This document shows, in pieces, positions 27,098 through 35,498 of a stretch of 64,000 nt of DNA. Within the stretch, counting starts at the first letter, position 1; every line of letters begins with the position of its first letter. A program made the translations under genes and the position numbers. The DNA is from an uncultured Acidobacteriota bacterium (GTDB lineage Bacteria; Acidobacteriota; Vicinamibacteria; Vicinamibacterales; UBA2999). The stretch is from assembly GCA_963784065.1 (NCBI GenBank), contig CAWAQA010000009.1, forward strand, positions 464,201 to 528,200. The letters run 5' to 3'. The notes below the pieces were generated by a model. That model saw only the letters and a program-made list of their open reading frames with translations, had not been told where the DNA came from and searched no databases.

Positions 27098-27547
27098 TCA
27101 GGCAACCTGCCCGGGCCAGGACTCCGCGACGTGCTGCAACGTTCGCGAGGGCAGCTCGCCGAACGCGTGGCGATAACGGACAGCGAAGCGCCCGAGTTCG
27201 AAGAAGCCGAACGCCATCGCGACGTCGGTCACCGTTGTCGTGTGCGGATCGGCCGTGCTGAGCGCCTTACGTGCCGCACGCAGCCGCTGCGCGATGACGT
27301 AACGCTTCGGGCTGAGGCCGAGCACGTCATGGAACGCGGTGCGCAGCGTGCGCTCGCTCACGCCGGCCATGCGACTCAACTCTGCGACGGTCACGGGCTC
27401 GCCGGTGTTGTCGCGCAGAAACGCGATGACCCGGCGGACGAGGTCGCGGCGCGAAGGACGCCGCGGCGCGCGGTCCGCGGCGGGAACCCGAGGCACCGGC
27501 GCCGCGTCGCCGCGCGGCGAGTGCTGAACGAGGGTGATGAGTGACAT
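27098..27547 (-). CDS. AraC-family transcriptional regulator (HTH domain only, 149 aa)
   Basis: VTVAELSRMAGVSERTLRTAFHDVLGLSPKRYVIAQRL...VTDVAMAFGFFELGRFAVRYRHAFGELP. Confidence 0.75.
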   Translation of the reverse strand: MSLITLVQHSPRGDAAPVPRVPAADRAPRRPSRRDLVRRVIAFLRDNTGEPVTVAELSRMAGVSERTLRTAFHDVLGLSPKRYVIAQRLRAARKALSTADPHTTTVTDVAMAFGFFELGRFAVRYRHAFGELPSRTLQHVAESWPGQVA

Positions 27548-27666
27548 GCCGCCACCTTACGGCGCAGGCATGTTTCGCTGGAACTCGCCGTAGTACGAAA
27601 TTGCCGGGAGAAGAATTGCGCCGGGGTATCTGGTACTTCTTACAGCGGACGCTGCACTAATTGATA

Positions 27667-27718
27667 GGCAACATGACTCGATGTTGCCGGGCAGACGCGG
27701 CCGGCCTTCGGGCCGGCT
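27667..27718. other. two adjacent perfect or near-perfect hairpins (GGCAACAT/ATGTTGCC and a GGCCGGCC-TTCG-GGCCGGC REP-like hairpin)
   Basis: 27667-27688 forms an 8-bp stem with a 6-nt loop. 27699-27718 forms a 7/8-bp GC stem with a TTCG loop. Confidence 0.5.
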
Positions 27719-27721
27719 CGC

Positions 27722-27858
27722 TCCCAACTTCCAACTTCCAATTCCCAACTTCCAATTCAGAACTTCCAACTTCCAACTTCCAGTCTCCTTGGCAGTTGGG
27801 AGTTGGCTTAGCGAAAGAGAGTTGGGAGTTGAGTCTGCTTTGGGAGTTGGAAGTTGGT
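27722..27858. repeat. heptanucleotide tandem array (CCAACTT)n followed by its degenerate inverted complement (AAGTTGG)n
   Basis: 27722-27783 reads CCAACTT CCAACTT CCAATTC CCAACTT CCAATTC AGAACTT CCAACTT CCAACTT CCAG. 27794-27858 contains TTGGGAGTTGG ... GAGTTGGGAGTTGA ... TTGGGAGTTGGAAGTTGG. Confidence 0.75.
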
Positions 27859-27886
27859 TTCAGCGTAAGAGGATTGGGATTTACCC

Positions 27887-28516
27887 CTAGACCAGGCCTT
27901 CGCGCACCGCGAACTGAATCAGCGCCGCGGTTGAATGGACGTGAAGGTGCTCCATCATGCGGTACTTGTGGAACGCCACGGTCCTGGCCGACACGTTCAG
28001 AACGGCCGCCGCCTCCTTCATCGAACACCCCTCGGCCAGCAATTGAAGCACCTCCCGCTGGCGGGCGGTGAGTTGGTGGACAGGCTTGCGGCTATGAGCA
28101 TCGTGGACGAGCGATCCGACCAGATCCCTGGTGAGGAGCGGCGTGATGTAGTAGCGATCACTCATGACCTCCCGGATCGCGAACGGGAGCTCCGATCCGG
28201 CTGAGCGCTTCAGGAGGTAGCCGGAGGCGCCGACCCGGAACGCCTCTGCCGCCACGTCCGGGTCCTCGTTCATCGTGAGAAAAATGATGCGCGTCGTCGA
28301 CACGAGGCGACGAAGCTCGCGAGCGGTGTCGAGGCCATTCATGAGCGGCATGGACACGTCGAGGATGGCCACGTCCGGTTTGAACCGCGCCACATCCATC
28401 AGGAAGGCACGCGGATCGTCATAGCTGGCGACAACGTCGCAATCTGGTTGGAGCAGCTTCTCGAACGCCTCAGCCAGCAGCGTGTGATCATCGACGATGA
28501 TGATTCGCGGCTTCAT
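27887..28516 (-). CDS. NarL/FixJ-type response regulator (REC + LuxR HTH)
   Basis: MKPRIIIVDDH...DVAILDVSMPLMNG...LTARQREVLQLLAEGCSMKEAAAVLNVSARTVAFHKYRMM. I place the start at the ATG at 28516, not at the ORF-track start 29143. Confidence 0.85.
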   Translation of the reverse strand: MKPRIIIVDDHTLLAEAFEKLLQPDCDVVASYDDPRAFLMDVARFKPDVAILDVSMPLMNGLDTARELRRLVSTTRIIFLTMNEDPDVAAEAFRVGASGYLLKRSAGSELPFAIREVMSDRYYITPLLTRDLVGSLVHDAHSRKPVHQLTARQREVLQLLAEGCSMKEAAAVLNVSARTVAFHKYRMMEHLHVHSTAALIQFAVREGLV

Positions 28517-28992
28517 TGATCTGTCCCTGACTCGGCACGACGTGCGCGTGAGCCTGACCGCTGCCGCTGCCACGAGGGGCGATGCGGTCTGGCGCTCGAA
28601 GAGGCGAAGACGCCATCGAAACAAATCTCGAAAGCGGATTATGCCACAGGGCAAGTAACCAATGACAAAGGGAATGCAGCTTTTGCGACAATTCTGCGCA
28701 ACGAAAGCATGACTGAACCGACAGCCACCAGTCGCTGGGGCCTCGAGACCGTCCACGTTGCGTGGACGGATGCGGTTGCGTCGCGGACACGCGCGTGTCG
28801 GTCGCCGAACGGCTGGTGGATTTCTCCCAGCTTCAGAATCATCCGGTCGAACTTTCCCAACGCGACGAGGGAGCAGATGGCCGCCGCCGTGGCGGCGGTC
28901 AAGGCAGGCATGCCGATCAACGAAGATCCGAGGTTCCTGTCGAGGCCGGGCTGACGCCGATTTCGTTCGAGGGTTCCCGAAACTTGGTACTC

Positions 28993-29056
28993 GTAGAGGC
29001 CGGCCTGCAGGCCCGACTGCGAAGGCAGGTGAATTCCGATTGCAGCCGGCCTCTAC
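28993..29056. repeat. REP-like inverted repeat GTAGAGGCCGGC ... GCCGGCCTCTAC
   Basis: 12-nt perfect arms lie at 28993-29004 and 29045-29056, immediately 3-prime of the META gene. The same 12-mer recurs at 34082. Confidence 0.5.
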
Positions 29057-29066
29057 ACCGAGACAG

Positions 29067-29507
29067 TTACTTCCTGAACCGCAACGTTCCTCGCGCGGAC
29101 GACAGGACGAGCGTGCTGTCCGACTGCGAGACCGAGCTTTCACCGGCCAGCAGCCCGGTGTACTCGTTCTCGAACGCCATGGTCGGGCATGCGGCGCGCG
29201 TGCACGCCAGCGCGGGTCCCGCGGTCAGCGTCTGCCCCGATAACGCGAACGCACCGCCGCACGTGTTGCAATCGACCCGCGTGGACAGCCGGCCGTCCGT
29301 GAAGGTCAGGGTGTAGGTCGCACCGGCGGGTGCGGCTTGCGCGGGCTGACCGCTGCGTTGCATGGACACCAGCGTCCAGGTCCCCGAGAGCTGATCAGCC
29401 GTCACGGACAGTGACGACGGCCCGGATAACGGCGCGGACGACTCTGTGCATCCGACCGCGAGCGATCCGATTGTGGCGACGGCGACGAAAAGGCGTAATA
29501 CATTCAT
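29067..29507 (-). CDS. META-domain (HslJ-like) lipoprotein
   Basis: MNVLRLFVAVATIGSLAVGC lipobox, then LSGTWTLVSMQ...YTLTFTDGRLSTRVDCNTCGGAF... Confidence 0.7.
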   Translation of the reverse strand: MNVLRLFVAVATIGSLAVGCTESSAPLSGPSSLSVTADQLSGTWTLVSMQRSGQPAQAAPAGATYTLTFTDGRLSTRVDCNTCGGAFALSGQTLTAGPALACTRAACPTMAFENEYTGLLAGESSVSQSDSTLVLSSARGTLRFRK

Positions 29508-29767
29508 CGGCGGCGATAGGGGCAATTCATGAGCCACATCAATCGTCGAGGAAATTTGCCGCTGGCGCGTGCCGGCGTCCCCCGCGGGAGACAGGCCGCG
29601 TAATCACCGGGCGACAATCGTGTCCTTGTCGCGTGTCGGTCCTTGCCCGGGACAGAGGCGTGGCCGATGTCAACAAGTACAGGCCAAATATAGAACCGGC
29701 CGCACGCTTCAAGCCGGTCAGGCCGACCTGAAGATTGATCTGGATCAAACACAGGTGAGCTCCGGAC

Positions 29768-30400
29768 CTAGAACGTGACCAGCCGATGTTCGATGGCGTA
29801 GCGGACGAGCTCCGCCGTCGAATGGACGTTGAGCACCTGCATGATCTTGTACTTGGCGGCTTCGACACTCCGCGTCGACACATCCAGTGTGCCCGCGATC
29901 TCCTTCGCCCGCTGCCCCATGACGATCAAGCGAAGAATCTCCCGCTGCCGTGGCGTCAGCTCGACCCGGCTGGGGTCAGCGGCGCCGACCATCAAGGTCA
30001 CGATGTCCTTGGTCAACGTCGCAGCCAGGTAGGTGCCGCCCCGCAGCACGACGTCGAGCGCGGTCAACAGCTCCTCACCGCTCGACTCTTTCAGGACGAA
30101 TCCACGCGCCCCTGCTTTGAGCGCTTCGACCGCCAGGTTCGGATCGGCATGCATCGTCAGGACGATGGCCTTGAATTCGACGCCGCGTTCGCTCAACTGC
30201 CGCAGGACTTCGAGCCCGCTTACCGTCGGCATCGACAGGTCCAGGAGCATGACGTCGGGTCGCAGCCGGACCACCGTGTCCGAGACGAGCCGCGCGTCGG
30301 TGATCGTGTCCACGACCTCGAAGTCGTCGCTGAGCAGCCTGACGAGACCTTCGGCGACGACCCTGTGATCGTCGACGAGCAGAACCGTTGGACGACTCAT
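29768..30400 (-). CDS. NarL/FixJ-type response regulator (REC + LuxR HTH)
   Basis: Intact 210-aa ORF: VLLVDDHRVVAEG...DVMLLDLSMPTVSG...LTPRQREILRLIVMGQRAKEIAGTLDVSTRSVEAAKYKIM. Confidence 0.85.
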   Translation of the reverse strand: MSRPTVLLVDDHRVVAEGLVRLLSDDFEVVDTITDARLVSDTVVRLRPDVMLLDLSMPTVSGLEVLRQLSERGVEFKAIVLTMHADPNLAVEALKAGARGFVLKESSGEELLTALDVVLRGGTYLAATLTKDIVTLMVGAADPSRVELTPRQREILRLIVMGQRAKEIAGTLDVSTRSVEAAKYKIMQVLNVHSTAELVRYAIEHRLVTF

Positions 30401-30870
30401 ACCTGCTCCGCTGAATCGTCGTGGCGGTGCAGCGCGAACGCGCCCAGATGGACATTCAGGCCGCTCTTCTCCGCGTCTCCGCCGGCGCCTGCCGGGACCC
30501 GGACACGAACGGTGGTTCCCTCCTGCAGGTGCGTCACGATCGTCACCTCTCCGCCCACCATGTGTGCTCGCTCCTCCATGCTCACCAGCCCGAGACCGCG
30601 GCCGACCTGGCGGGTAGCCTCGAGGTCACCAGTCGGCAGACGCGTCCTCGTGATCTTCCCGAACGTCGGGCTGCCGACGATCTCCCCCGGCGGGCCGAAG
30701 TTGGGGTGATTGAACAGTCAGTCACGCGCCCCTGCAGAACGGCTGAGGTCTGGGCGCCCGCAGGCGCGCAGACGCACAGGAGCACGGTCGCGGCCACAGC
30801 GAGACGGTGTCGGCGCATCATGTCCCGTCGCGGCGTGCGAGACCCGTGGTCGGGCGTGACATTCGATCTC
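30397..30870 (-). pseudogene. composite remnant: TonB-receptor N-terminus + TonB-receptor C-terminal fragment + last ~45 aa of a histidine kinase
   Basis: MMRRHRLAVAATVLLCVCAPAGAQTSAVLQGRVTD is a signal peptide plus the start of a CarbopepD_reg domain. It abuts LFNHPNFGPPGEIVGSPTFGKITRTR, a pattern typical of the C-terminal region of this receptor type. That fragment runs in one frame into GRGLGLVSMEERAHMVGGEVTIVTHLQEGTTVRVRVP, an HATPase_c G2 box and tail, which overlaps the start of the regulator at 30400. Confidence 0.55.
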
Positions 30871-31155
30871 CTTGCGGGGAGCCTTCGCCCCCGCGCTCCG
30901 CATTCGGTGTCGCCGCGCGGAGGCTGGCCGTCGCGCACGAGAAGGAGCGGCTGAACTCGATGATCCGCCGTGGCTGACTCTGCGACGGAAGTCGGTACGT
31001 GGGTCAATCTGTCACATGTACCAGACTCCCCCCCTCGGTCACATCTGCCAGCTCGTGTTCGTTGTGCGGCCGCCCTGTTTGACGTAAGTCAAGACTCCGG
31101 TTATGACGGCCGCGACTCTTCGAGTAGCATTCGGAACCTGGAAGGCGACCCTCAT

Positions 31156-32128
31156 TTGACCCTGTCTGTTCTCGTGGTCGACGATCACGAACCTTGGCGT
31201 CGCGAAATCAGATGGGTGCTTCGACAGAGCCGTCGCTGGCAGGTTGTCGGTGAAGCCGGCGACGGGGTCGAGGCTATCGAAATGGCGGGCGCGCTCGAAC
31301 CCGATCTGATCCTGCTCGACGTCGGGCTGCCGGGCATGAGCGGCATCGAAGCCGCCAGGCGAATCCTCGCACTCACCCCTGACGCGCGAATCCTGTTCGT
31401 GAGCGCACATCGAACCTGGGATATTGTCGAGGTCGCGTTCGCCACCGGTGCGCGCGGGTATGTCCTCAAAGACGATGCCGGGCATGAATTGTTGCCAGCG
31501 ATGAGCGCGGTCATCGAAGGCAAGCGGTTCGTCAGTGCGACGTTGACGGGCCGGTCGGTCGACGGGACCACGGGACGGCAGCATCCTCCGGGGCCACGCC
31601 ACGAGGTCGGGTTCTATTCAGATGACTCGCGGCTGGTTGAGGCATACACGCGGTTCGCGAAGGCGGCGCTCGACGCCGGGCGAGCCCTGATTCTCGCGGC
31701 CCCCGACTCACGCCGCGACGAGGTTCATCGCGGGTTGCACGCCCTCGGCGTCGATGTAGAACGCGCCCTCCTGGAACGCAGGCTTCTGTCGATTGACATC
31801 CACACTGCGCTCTCGCCGTTCATGGTCGATGGCTGGCCCGACGAAGCGCGATTCTGGAAATCGGGAACGTCTCTCGTTGCAAGAGCCGTCGGAGCGGCAC
31901 GGTGCACGCCACCTGGCCTAGCGGCGTGTGGCGAGTGCTCGGCCAGCCTGTTGAGCCAAGGCCACGTGGAGGCGGCGATTCGGCTCGAGGTACCTGTGGG
32001 ACCAGCTCGCCGGAACATTCAACGTCGAGGTATTTTGCCCCTACCCGACCATCGCCCTTGACCACGACGACAAGAGCACCGTCATTCGAAGAATCTGTCA
32101 AGAACACACCGCGGTTGTGTCCGCTTAG
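31156..32128 (+). pseudogene. response regulator with C-terminal MEDS-like domain; one frame change at about 31990
   Basis: REC: LSVLVVDDHEPWRREI...DLILLDVGLPGMSG. Then HEVGFYSDDSRLVEAYTRFAKAALDAGRALILAAP. The tail YLWDQLAGTFNVEVFCPYP...EHTAVVSA is in the next frame. A TTG start at 31156 is assumed. Confidence 0.6.
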
Positions 32129-32172
32129 CGCGCCCGCGCGCCAGCGCGATCCCGGGCATCACGATCGGGCGG

Positions 32173-33483
32173 TTACGAGGAACTGACACCCACACGAGCG
32201 TGAATCGTCGAACCACGACCCGGTTGCGAATCGATTGAGAGCGCGCCATTCACGAGCTTGATCCGTTCTTCCATGCTGACCAGGCCAAGCCCGCGGCCGG
32301 TCTTCGCGGCCTCGACGTCAAAGCCCTTGCCGTGATCCCTCACCACGAGATGAATCTCCTCCTCGCTGCCCCAGAGCTGCACCTCGAACTGCAGAACGCC
32401 GCTGTGTTTCACCGCATTGTGGAGCGCTTCCTGGAGAATGCGGAGGAGGGACAGGGACACCTCTGACGGCAGGCGATCCGGCAGATCGTGCGTGTCGAAA
32501 TCAACCATCGCTTTCTGCTGCTCGGTGAATTCCGCGCAGAACCGGCCCATGGCTGCCGCAATGCCGAGCAGTTCGAGTCGCGACGAGTGCAGGCGGTGCG
32601 ACAGGGCCTGCACGTCGGCGGCGATCTCTGACGTCAGCCGCTGCAGCTCCATCGTGCGGCCCTGGCACCACGGCGAGCCGTCATCGCGCTGCGCCAGGCC
32701 GGTGAGGCTGACCGACAACAGCGCAAGACGCTGGCCGATATCGTCGTGCAACTCTCTCGCGATTCGACTTCGTTCCCGCTCCTGCGCATCGATCAACCGG
32801 CGGCTCACATTCGAGAGCGCTCGTTCAGCCCGTTTGTGCTGCGTGATATCGCGGATGATCTTGGCGGCGCCGATCAGCCTGCCGTCCGCGTCCCGCAGCG
32901 GCGAGATCGTCACCGACACGTTCAGCTGCGCGCCCGCCTTCGTCATGCGAATACTCTGGTACGGTTCAATCCGCTTGCCGGCGCGCAACCGCTGAAGCAC
33001 CTTGGTGTCCTCATCGCGCCGCCCCGGCGGAATGAGAATGGACGTCCGCTGTCCGACGGCTTCCGCCTCGGTGAACCCGAAGATGCGCTCAGCCGCCGCA
33101 TTCCAGCTCAGGATGCCGCCGTCCAGCGTCGTCGACAGGATCGCGTCCTGCGAGGAATCGACGATGGCGGCGAGAACAAGCCGCGTGTCCATCGCCGCCA
33201 GCGCAGCCAACTCCACGGCGCGCCTCCGGGACCGGGGTCGGAGGCGCGTCGGCAACGTGAACGGAGCGAAGTTGCCGCCCTGGCGGAGAAACACGGTGCC
33301 GGCGACCTGTGCAAGCGTCGCTCCAGCCGGACTGTCAACGACGGTAGCGGCAGGCCACAGGCTCTGGAATGCCACGAGGCAGGCGCCCGCAACGCCGGCC
33401 AGACTCGATGCCATACGCAGCAAGCGGCCAGCGCGATGCCGGATGCAGGCCAAACCCCCAGCCGCGCGGGAACACCGGGACAT
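32173..33483 (-). CDS. sensor histidine kinase (PAS + HisKA_3 + HATPase_c, NarX/LiaS type)
   Basis: PAS: AIVDSSQDAILSTTLDGGILSWNAAAERIFGF. H-box: ERSRIARELHDDIGQRL. ATPase: ALHNAVKHSG...DHGKGF...GLGLVSMEERIKLVNG. The start may be internal (for example 33414). Confidence 0.85.
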   Translation of the reverse strand: MSRCSRAAGGLACIRHRAGRLLRMASSLAGVAGACLVAFQSLWPAATVVDSPAGATLAQVAGTVFLRQGGNFAPFTLPTRLRPRSRRRAVELAALAAMDTRLVLAAIVDSSQDAILSTTLDGGILSWNAAAERIFGFTEAEAVGQRTSILIPPGRRDEDTKVLQRLRAGKRIEPYQSIRMTKAGAQLNVSVTISPLRDADGRLIGAAKIIRDITQHKRAERALSNVSRRLIDAQERERSRIARELHDDIGQRLALLSVSLTGLAQRDDGSPWCQGRTMELQRLTSEIAADVQALSHRLHSSRLELLGIAAAMGRFCAEFTEQQKAMVDFDTHDLPDRLPSEVSLSLLRILQEALHNAVKHSGVLQFEVQLWGSEEEIHLVVRDHGKGFDVEAAKTGRGLGLVSMEERIKLVNGALSIDSQPGRGSTIHARVGVSSS

Positions 33484-33751
33484 CCAGCGGGAAGGTTCTG
33501 ATATGTCGGCGTCACCGTAACGCGCGACGCCCTTCGCACGCCGCCACCAATCCGCCCGGGGTCCGGGTGTGGGTCCTCACCACATGTCGTGAGCGTCCCA
33601 CCATAGACCGCGCCCGCCGCCCCACCGCAGGAGGTATTCGGCATGGAACGGCATGTGCTGCTACCCCTGAGACCGCGTTCCCAGCGTGAACGACCGCTCT
33701 TGTCATGGACCAGGATTCACTACCCACCGGCGATCCCAGTGCCCGGCGACG

Positions 33752-34085
33752 ATGCCAGGCGCCCGTCTTGGCTACGTCGGGCCGACAAGGTCGTGCAGGT
33801 ACCTCGGCGAAGGTGGGATGGGAACCGTCTCCGTGGCCGAGCAGGCGCATCCGGTCCGCCGGCGCGTGGCGGTGAAAGTGATCCGCGCGGGCATGGATTC
33901 GGATGGTGAAGGCAACCCAGCAACGGCTGACCGAGATGTCGATGGTCACCGAGTACGGCGTCATCCTGGGGACGCTCGACTACATGGCCCCGGAACAGGC
34001 GGACCTCTCTGAAGACGTCGATACCCGCAGCGACATCTACTCCCTCGGTGTGCTGCTCTTCAAGCCCGAGGCTGGGTATTGGTAG
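33752..34085 (+). pseudogene. Ser/Thr protein kinase remnant with internal deletion and 3-prime truncation
   Basis: The Gly-loop and VAVK lysine ([15 protein letters not shown]...[14 protein letters not shown]) are joined almost directly to the activation and P+1 segment ([10 protein letters not shown]...[16 protein letters not shown]). The catalytic HRD and DFG regions are absent. Confidence 0.6.
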
Positions 34086-34106
34086 AGGCCGGCGTTCAGG
34101 CCGGCC
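34082..34106. repeat. REP-like hairpin GTAGAGGCCGGC-GTTCAG-GCCGGCC
   Basis: Shares the 12-mer GTAGAGGCCGGC with 28993. It lies exactly where the kinase remnant reading frame ends. Confidence 0.45.
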
Positions 34107-34258
34107 AGGCCGACTTCGCGCGCGACGATCGGCGCGCGCCACGAAAGGTGATGCCAGATGCCGGCATGCCGGAACGCGTCAACCGCCCTGCGGCAGCAAT
34201 GTCATGACTTCATAACGCGCGTGCCGCGTATTCGGACAGTTTCCCGCTGGAATTCAGA

Positions 34259-35313
34259 TTGCCCGAGGGGCAACGGAGCTCACCTGTGCGTCCTCTTCAA
34301 GGCGGCGCGGGTCGTGACGGCCTGCGCCCGGGCCTGACGATACTTTTCCTGTCGATCGTCGCGGCAACGGTCGTCGTATCCGCGCAAACCAGCCAGCTGC
34401 GTCTGGTATCGACGGCATGGCCGCCGTTCACGAACGCGCCCGGACAGCCGCGCTTTGCGCTCGACCTGGTCGAGGCCGCGCTCGGCCGGATCGGACTCGG
34501 CGCGAACACGACGATCGTCGAGGCCGCGGGGTTTACGCCCTCGCTGCTCGGCGGCGAGTTCGACGGCAGCGGCGCGGCGTGGAAGGACCTCGAACGCGAA
34601 CGCGTCCTGCTCTTCTCCCAACCGTATCTCGAGAATCGTCTGATACTCGTGGGGCGAACCGGCGCGGATGTCTCGGCAACCGCGCTCGGCGATCTCCCGG
34701 GCAAACGCATCGCGATAGTCGAAGGCTACTCGTACGGTGACGCCCTCGACAACGCCGGGCCGATGTTCGTCCGGTCGCGCAGCGAAGAAGACAGTCTCAG
34801 GTTGCTGCTCGACGGCAGCGTGGACTACACGCTCATGGACGAGCTCGTCGTGCAGAACATCGTCGACAACCACCCCATGGAAGCGCAAACGAGGCTGCAG
34901 ATCGGTTCGACAGCCATGCTCACGCGGCAGCTCCATTTTGCCGTGAGGCGAACGCGTCCCGACGCGGCCTCGATCGTCGATCGCTTCAACGCCCAGCTGC
35001 GGGCCATGATTGCCGACCGCACTTACCATCGTCTCCTGCACCTGGCATGGATTCGGGCGGATGTCGACAGCGATGGTCTGGCCGAGTATGTGCCTTACAG
35101 CGATCGGCCCGGCCCCCTGGAGCCTCAACGCGCATACTCCCTCTTCTCGACCGAACAACCTGTACGCCAGTCGCCCATGGTCAGCAGCGCTTCTACGTCG
35201 GGGGGAATATGTATGCCGACTGGGCGGCCGTGCCGGAGAGCGTCAAGGGCTACGACTCGCAGTGGCCGGACCCGAGCCGCTCGACCGGCACGATTTTCCG
35301 CTTCACGTGGTGA
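34259..35313 (+). pseudogene. periplasmic substrate-binding protein (SBP_bac_3-like) with C-terminal extension; frame change near 35160-35195
   Basis: LRLVSTAWPPFTN...FSQPYLENRLILVGR...KRIAIVEGYSYGD...VDYTLMDELV is in ORF 34259-35353. The tail FYVGGNMYADWAAVPESVKGYDSQW...RFTW is in ORF 35047-35313. Confidence 0.6.
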
Positions 35314-35498
35314 TGGCTTGACGTCGCGTCAACGACTTTTCTCACGTAGTTGACGGAAAGCCCGGCAGCCCGGTCTCCGCCGGCACGGCCCGGAATCCAC
35401 CCGCGTGCATCGAGCCGTCCGACCCCGGCTGCCCCGTAGCGGCGGGCAATACCGCCCGGGCGTGCCAGGCGGCCTGCCGCCGTCGCTACAATGTCGGC

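Noticed and set aside
27722-27858. Possible CRISPR array.
   Set aside because: The period is 7 nt with no spacers, the second half is the inverted complement of the first, and there are no cas genes in the window.
28517-28992. Possible small genes between the NarL regulator and the META gene (ORFs 28639-28920 minus, 28709-28954 plus).
   Set aside because: There are no family motifs, the candidates overlap each other on both strands, and no convincing ribosome-binding site is present. A TTGTCA-N19-CATAAT promoter-like string for the regulator lies here, but it is weak evidence on its own.
34259-35313. Two further Tyr-adjacent insertions (g35162 before tac, c35193 before tac) in the substrate-binding protein.
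   Set aside because: A single 1-nt deletion near 35175 (QSP/HGQQRFYVGG) explains the frame change equally well and more parsimoniously. I therefore did not count this gene in the Tyr-adjacency tally.
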